Source of the DNA: Bacteroidia bacterium
GTDB taxonomy: Bacteria > Bacteroidota > Bacteroidia > NS11-12g > UBA955
Direction of reading: 5' to 3'
NCBI GenBank assembly: GCA_023653095.1
Contig: JAMNXP010000008.1
Span: forward strand, 22,922 to 86,921
DNA length: 64,000 bases
Shown here: one piece after another, positions 60,055 through 64,000 of the stretch
How the letters are laid out: every line of letters starts with the position of its first letter
How positions within the stretch are numbered: the first letter of the stretch is position 1
Notes under the pieces: model-generated
Databases searched by the model: none
Told to the model about the DNA's origin: nothing
The model's input: the letters and a program-made list of their open reading frames with translations, nothing else
Program-made: the position numbers and the translations under genes

Positions 60055-62214
60055 ATGAACATTGAAAAGTTTTCCTATGACAACCGACCGGTAAAATGGT
60101 TTGCCTATGCAACTATTTTCTGGGGAGTAATTGGCTTCGTTGCTGGGCTTTGGGCCGCGATTGCCTTGTATTTTCCTGCCATCAATCTTGATTGGGCACC
60201 CACCACCTTTGGAAGAATGAGACCGGTTCATACGAATGCGGTCATTTTCGCGTTTGTGGGAAATGGAATTTTTATGGGTGTTTATTACTCGCTTCAGCGA
60301 TTGGTAAAGGCACGAATGTTCAGTGATGTGCTCAGTAAAATCCATTTTTGGGGTTGGCAATTGATCATTGTTTTTGGCGCTTTAACCCTTTGGATGGGTT
60401 ACACCACAGGGAAAGAGTATGCTGAATTAGAGTGGCCATTAGATATTGCCATCACCTTGGTTTGGGTAATTTTTGGTATCAATATGTTTGGTACCATCAT
60501 CAAACGTAGAGAGAGACATATTTATGTAGCCATTTGGTTTTATATCGCAACTTGGGTTACTGTAGCCATGTTGCACATTGTAAACAGCATTGAATTGCCT
60601 ATCAACTTCATGAAGAGTTACAGCTGGTATGCTGGGGTTCAAGATGCTTTGGTTCAATGGTGGTATGGTCACAATGCCGTTGCATTTTTCTTGACTACCC
60701 CTTATTTGGGATTGATGTACTATTTCCTTCCAAAAGCGGCAAATAGACCTGTGTATTCTTACAGATTGTCAATCATCCACTTTTGGGCTTTGATCTTCAT
60801 TTACATTTGGGCGGGTCCTCACCATTTGTTGTATAGTGCCTTGCCTGATTGGGCGCAGTCTTTGGGTGTTGTATTCTCTGTGATGCTGATTGCACCTTCT
60901 TGGGGAGGTATGATCAACGGTTTGTTCACCTTGAGAGGTGCTTGGGATCGGGTTCGCGAAGATGTTGTGTTGAAGTTCATGGTAGTTGCCATCACTGCTT
61001 ACGGTATGGCCACATTTGAGGGGCCAATGCTCTCATTGAAGAACGTAAATGCCATTTCGCATTTTACTGATTGGACCATCGCTCACGTTCACGTAGGGGC
61101 CTTGGGTTGGAATGGATTTTTAACCTTCGGTGTTCTATACTGGTTGATTCCGAAAATGTTCAGAACTGAACTTCACTCTAAAGGATTAGCGAATGCGCAT
61201 TTTTGGTTGGGTACTTTAGGTATAGTGTTTTATGCAATCCCTATGTACTGGGCTGGATTTACCCAGAGTTTAAATTGGAAAACTTTCACTCCTGAAGGCA
61301 CTTTGCAATACTCATTCCTTGACACCGTCAACATGTTGTTACCTATGTATCAATTGAGAAGTTTAGGTGGACTTCTATATCTAACAGGGGCTATTTTGAT
61401 GGTATTAAATATTTACAAGACCGTCAAGAAGGGTTCGTTTGTTGCAGAAGAGGAGGCTGAAGCTCCTGCATTAGCTCCATATGAAACTCATAATGGCGAG
61501 CACTGGCATCGAGTTATTGAGCGTAAGCCTATTCAGATGTTGGTGTTGAGCTTGGTGGTTGTTGCTCTTGGTGGATTGATTGAGATGATTCCTACCTTTC
61601 TAGTGAAAACCAATATACCAACCATCAGTTCTGTAAAACCCTACACACCTTTGGAGTTGCATGGACGGGATATTTATGTAGCTGAGGGTTGTTATACTTG
61701 CCACTCTCAAATGGTGCGTCCATTTAGAGATGAAGTAAAGCGATACGGTGATTACTCTAAAGCGGGTGAATTTGTTTATGACCATCCCTTCCAATGGGGG
61801 AGTAAGCGTACGGGTCCGGATTTGGCACGCGTAGGAGGAAAATACAATAATGCTTGGCATTTCAATCACATGTATGAGCCCACATCTACCAGTGAGGGTT
61901 CAATCATGCCTCGTTATCCATGGTTGTTTACCAAAGGAATTGATATCAGAAGAACGCCAGATATGATTAGAGCCATGCAAACCATGGATGTGCCTTACGA
62001 TGTTGATTATGCCAATAGAGCAACCGAAGATCTAGAAGCTCAAGCTAAGGTAATTGCCGATGATTTGAAGTCTAACGAAGGAATACGCCAAATATTGGAA
62101 GTAGAAGGTGTGAGCAATTTACAACATTCAAAAATTGTGGCGCTGATTGCATACCTACAACGTATTGGAACTGATATTAAAAAAGTACCCGCTAATGCTT
62201 TGCCAGAAAACTAA
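60055..62214 (+). CDS. ccoN: Fused cbb3-type cytochrome c oxidase subunits I/II (CcoN-CcoO)
   Basis: RPVHTNAVIF, WWYGHNAV, GPHHL and HVHVG, then CYTCHSQMVRP and WGSKRTGPDL. Confidence 0.97.
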   Translation: MNIEKFSYDNRPVKWFAYATIFWGVIGFVAGLWAAIALYFPAINLDWAPTTFGRMRPVHTNAVIFAFVGNGIFMGVYYSLQRLVKARMFSDVLSKIHFWGWQLIIVFGALTLWMGYTTGKEYAELEWPLDIAITLVWVIFGINMFGTIIKRRERHIYVAIWFYIATWVTVAMLHIVNSIELPINFMKSYSWYAGVQDALVQWWYGHNAVAFFLTTPYLGLMYYFLPKAANRPVYSYRLSIIHFWALIFIYIWAGPHHLLYSALPDWAQSLGVVFSVMLIAPSWGGMINGLFTLRGAWDRVREDVVLKFMVVAITAYGMATFEGPMLSLKNVNAISHFTDWTIAHVHVGALGWNGFLTFGVLYWLIPKMFRTELHSKGLANAHFWLGTLGIVFYAIPMYWAGFTQSLNWKTFTPEGTLQYSFLDTVNMLLPMYQLRSLGGLLYLTGAILMVLNIYKTVKKGSFVAEEEAEAPALAPYETHNGEHWHRVIERKPIQMLVLSLVVVALGGLIEMIPTFLVKTNIPTISSVKPYTPLELHGRDIYVAEGCYTCHSQMVRPFRDEVKRYGDYSKAGEFVYDHPFQWGSKRTGPDLARVGGKYNNAWHFNHMYEPTSTSEGSIMPRYPWLFTKGIDIRRTPDMIRAMQTMDVPYDVDYANRATEDLEAQAKVIADDLKSNEGIRQILEVEGVSNLQHSKIVALIAYLQRIGTDIKKVPANALPEN

Positions 62215-62226
62215 TTGTACATCATC

Positions 62227-62388
62227 ATGAAGTTTATAACCTATTTAAAAACCATTGATAGTGTAACTATCTACCCTCTTGTAACTCTGGCACTATTTGT
62301 ACTGTTCTTCTTTGTAGTGATTTTGTGGGTGTCAAAAGCCAATAAAAACTACATCGAGAACGCTAAAAATATCCCCCTAAACGATTAA
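62227..62388 (+). CDS. ccoQ: cbb3-type oxidase small subunit CcoQ (not in ORF track)
   Basis: 53 aa: MKFITYLKTIDSVTIYPLVTLALFVLFFFVVILWV...NIPLND. Confidence 0.85.
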   Translation: MKFITYLKTIDSVTIYPLVTLALFVLFFFVVILWVSKANKNYIENAKNIPLND

Positions 62389-62390
62389 AT

Positions 62391-63509
62391 ATGAAATCTT
62401 TTAAAAACATGATAGCCCTTATGGGCGGGTTGTTCATGTCATCTTTGGCATGGGCACAAAATGATGCAGATCCTGCAGCCGCAGCAGTGGCACCTGTTGC
62501 AGAAGCATCGGGGTTTTCGATGGAGCAATATATTCCTTGGATTTTGGTTGTTACCGCCATTGTTTTGGCCATTGTGATTCTATTTATGGGTAATTTATTG
62601 AGCAAGGTAGCTATTGATAAATTCAGAAATTCCACAAAAGTTATTGCGGTGTTGTTTTCCTTGGGATGGATGAACGAGAGTGCTGCAGCCGTTGAAATGT
62701 GGGCAGGGTTTACCACTTTTCAGTTGAATGTTATATTGTTGTCAATCATTGGTTTTGAAGTTTTAATTATTCTGTATTTCGCCAATTGGTTGAAAGCAGT
62801 GGTACTTCCCCCGGTACTAAAAGAAAAGTCTAAAAAGTTGGCTTTCTGGAAGATTTGGTGGGATAAGATGAACAATTCTGTAGAGATTGAAAAAGAGAAG
62901 GACGTTCAATTAGACCATGATTATGACGGCATCAAAGAGTTAGACAATGCCTTACCACCGTGGTGGGTTTACGGATTCTATTTGACCATTGTTTTTGCTG
63001 GCATTTATGTTTGGAGATATCATATTGCCAGTACTGCGCCATTACAGATACAAGAATTGAAGAATGACCTTGCACAAGCCGAAATTCAACAGGCTCTTTA
63101 CAGCGAACAAAATGCAGCGAAAGTTGATGAAAATACCATCACATACACTGCCGATGCTGGCATGATTGCTGAAGGTTCAAAGTTATTTGCGAAGAACTGT
63201 GTAGCTTGTCATGCCGCTGACGGTGGTGGCGGAACTGGTCCAAACCTCACCGATGATTATTGGAAACATGGTGGAGACATAAAAGACATTTTTAGAACGA
63301 TTTCAAAAGGTGTTCCAGAAATGGGTATGATTGCTTGGGGAGGAATATTGACAGCTAAAGAGATGGCCAATTTGGCAACTTATGTGAAGTCAATTAAAGG
63401 TTCAAAAACCGCTGCTCCTAAAGCACCTGAGGGTACCTTATATCAAGAAGGAACTGCTCCAACTGGAGGTGACTCTTTGAGTGCAGCCCCAATAGTTTCA
63501 ATGAAATAA
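62391..63509 (+). CDS. ccoP: cbb3-type cytochrome c oxidase subunit III (monoheme)
   Basis: DHDYDGIKELDNALPPWW, CVACH, GPNLTDDYW. Confidence 0.93.
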   Translation: MKSFKNMIALMGGLFMSSLAWAQNDADPAAAAVAPVAEASGFSMEQYIPWILVVTAIVLAIVILFMGNLLSKVAIDKFRNSTKVIAVLFSLGWMNESAAAVEMWAGFTTFQLNVILLSIIGFEVLIILYFANWLKAVVLPPVLKEKSKKLAFWKIWWDKMNNSVEIEKEKDVQLDHDYDGIKELDNALPPWWVYGFYLTIVFAGIYVWRYHIASTAPLQIQELKNDLAQAEIQQALYSEQNAAKVDENTITYTADAGMIAEGSKLFAKNCVACHAADGGGGTGPNLTDDYWKHGGDIKDIFRTISKGVPEMGMIAWGGILTAKEMANLATYVKSIKGSKTAAPKAPEGTLYQEGTAPTGGDSLSAAPIVSMK

Positions 63510-63518
63510 CACTGAACC

Positions 63519-64000
63519 ATGTCAGTTCCTGAGAATTCTGGTTTCGACGAGAATGATGAATACCGCGATAGGGTCGCAACCATAGACGAAAAAGGTAAGC
63601 GAAAGTGGGTTTATGCATACAAGCCATCCGGGCGTTTTTACAACGCCCGGACATGGCTATCAATGGTTTACTTGCTTGTTTTTTTCGGACTCCCTTTGAT
63701 CAAATACAAAGGCGAACAATTCATGCTCTTGAATATTCTAGAGCGTAAGATTGTGGTCTTCGGATATGTTTTTTGGTCTCAAGATTTTTTCTTGTTCGGA
63801 CTCACCATGATTCTCTTCGTGGTTTTTATTATTGTTTTTACTGTTGCTTTTGGACGCTTATTTTGCGGTTGGGCCTGTCCACAAACCATTTTCATGGAAA
63901 TGGTATTCAGAAAGCTCGAATTTTGGATTGAAGGCGATGCCCCCAAGCAAAGAGCGTTAGATAAAATGCCTTGGAACAGCGAAAAGATCAGAAAAAGAGG
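63519..64000 (+). CDS. ccoG: Cytochrome c oxidase accessory protein CcoG, 3'-truncated by the window edge
   Basis: YRDRVATIDEKGKRKWVY...FWSQDF...GRLFCGWACPQTIFME. Confidence 0.92.
   Translation, partial: MSVPENSGFDENDEYRDRVATIDEKGKRKWVYAYKPSGRFYNARTWLSMVYLLVFFGLPLIKYKGEQFMLLNILERKIVVFGYVFWSQDFFLFGLTMILFVVFIIVFTVAFGRLFCGWACPQTIFMEMVFRKLEFWIEGDAPKQRALDKMPWNSEKIRKR

Noticed and set aside
60055-62214. ccoN-ccoO fusion as a novelty
   Set aside because: This is the usual arrangement in Bacteroidota.

Overview
Bacteroidota chromosome segment, judged from T9SS genes, TAnnTTTG -7 promoters and short AT-rich leaders. It has five parts. (1) 1-12.5 kb is core genes: amn, AsmA, DegP/HtrA, kdsA, a PorE-like OmpA protein, a CTD-only T9SS protein and an M1 aminopeptidase, with mosaic 7-bp tandem repeats in several intergenic gaps. 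(2) tRNA-Asp is followed by an integrase-less accessory island of about 10 kb. Its first block is the best candidate for an undescribed system: a WYL regulator with a palindromic operator, a small ORF, a stand-alone GIY-YIG-like nuclease and a wHTH-AAA+ ATPase, bracketed by two paralogous HhH-GPD (OGG-like) DNA glycosylase-like genes. Its second block sits between two decayed copies of a gene 5' end and holds an AbiE-like HTH/nucleotidyltransferase pair, a metallophosphoesterase and an internally deleted rhuM. (3) 22-33.5 kb holds lipoproteins, an FG-GAP protein, tandem lipocalin-like lipoproteins, a photolyase that appears to lack the Fe-S cysteines, and outer-membrane barrels. (4) 33.5-55.3 kb is a T9SS type-B adhesin locus with two giant cargo proteins, two PorP/SprF and one OmpA. 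(5) 56.8-64 kb is the cbb3 oxidase cluster (ccoI, S, NO, Q, P, G) with tandem FNR-like boxes. All family calls are by-eye motif recognition; no searches were run.
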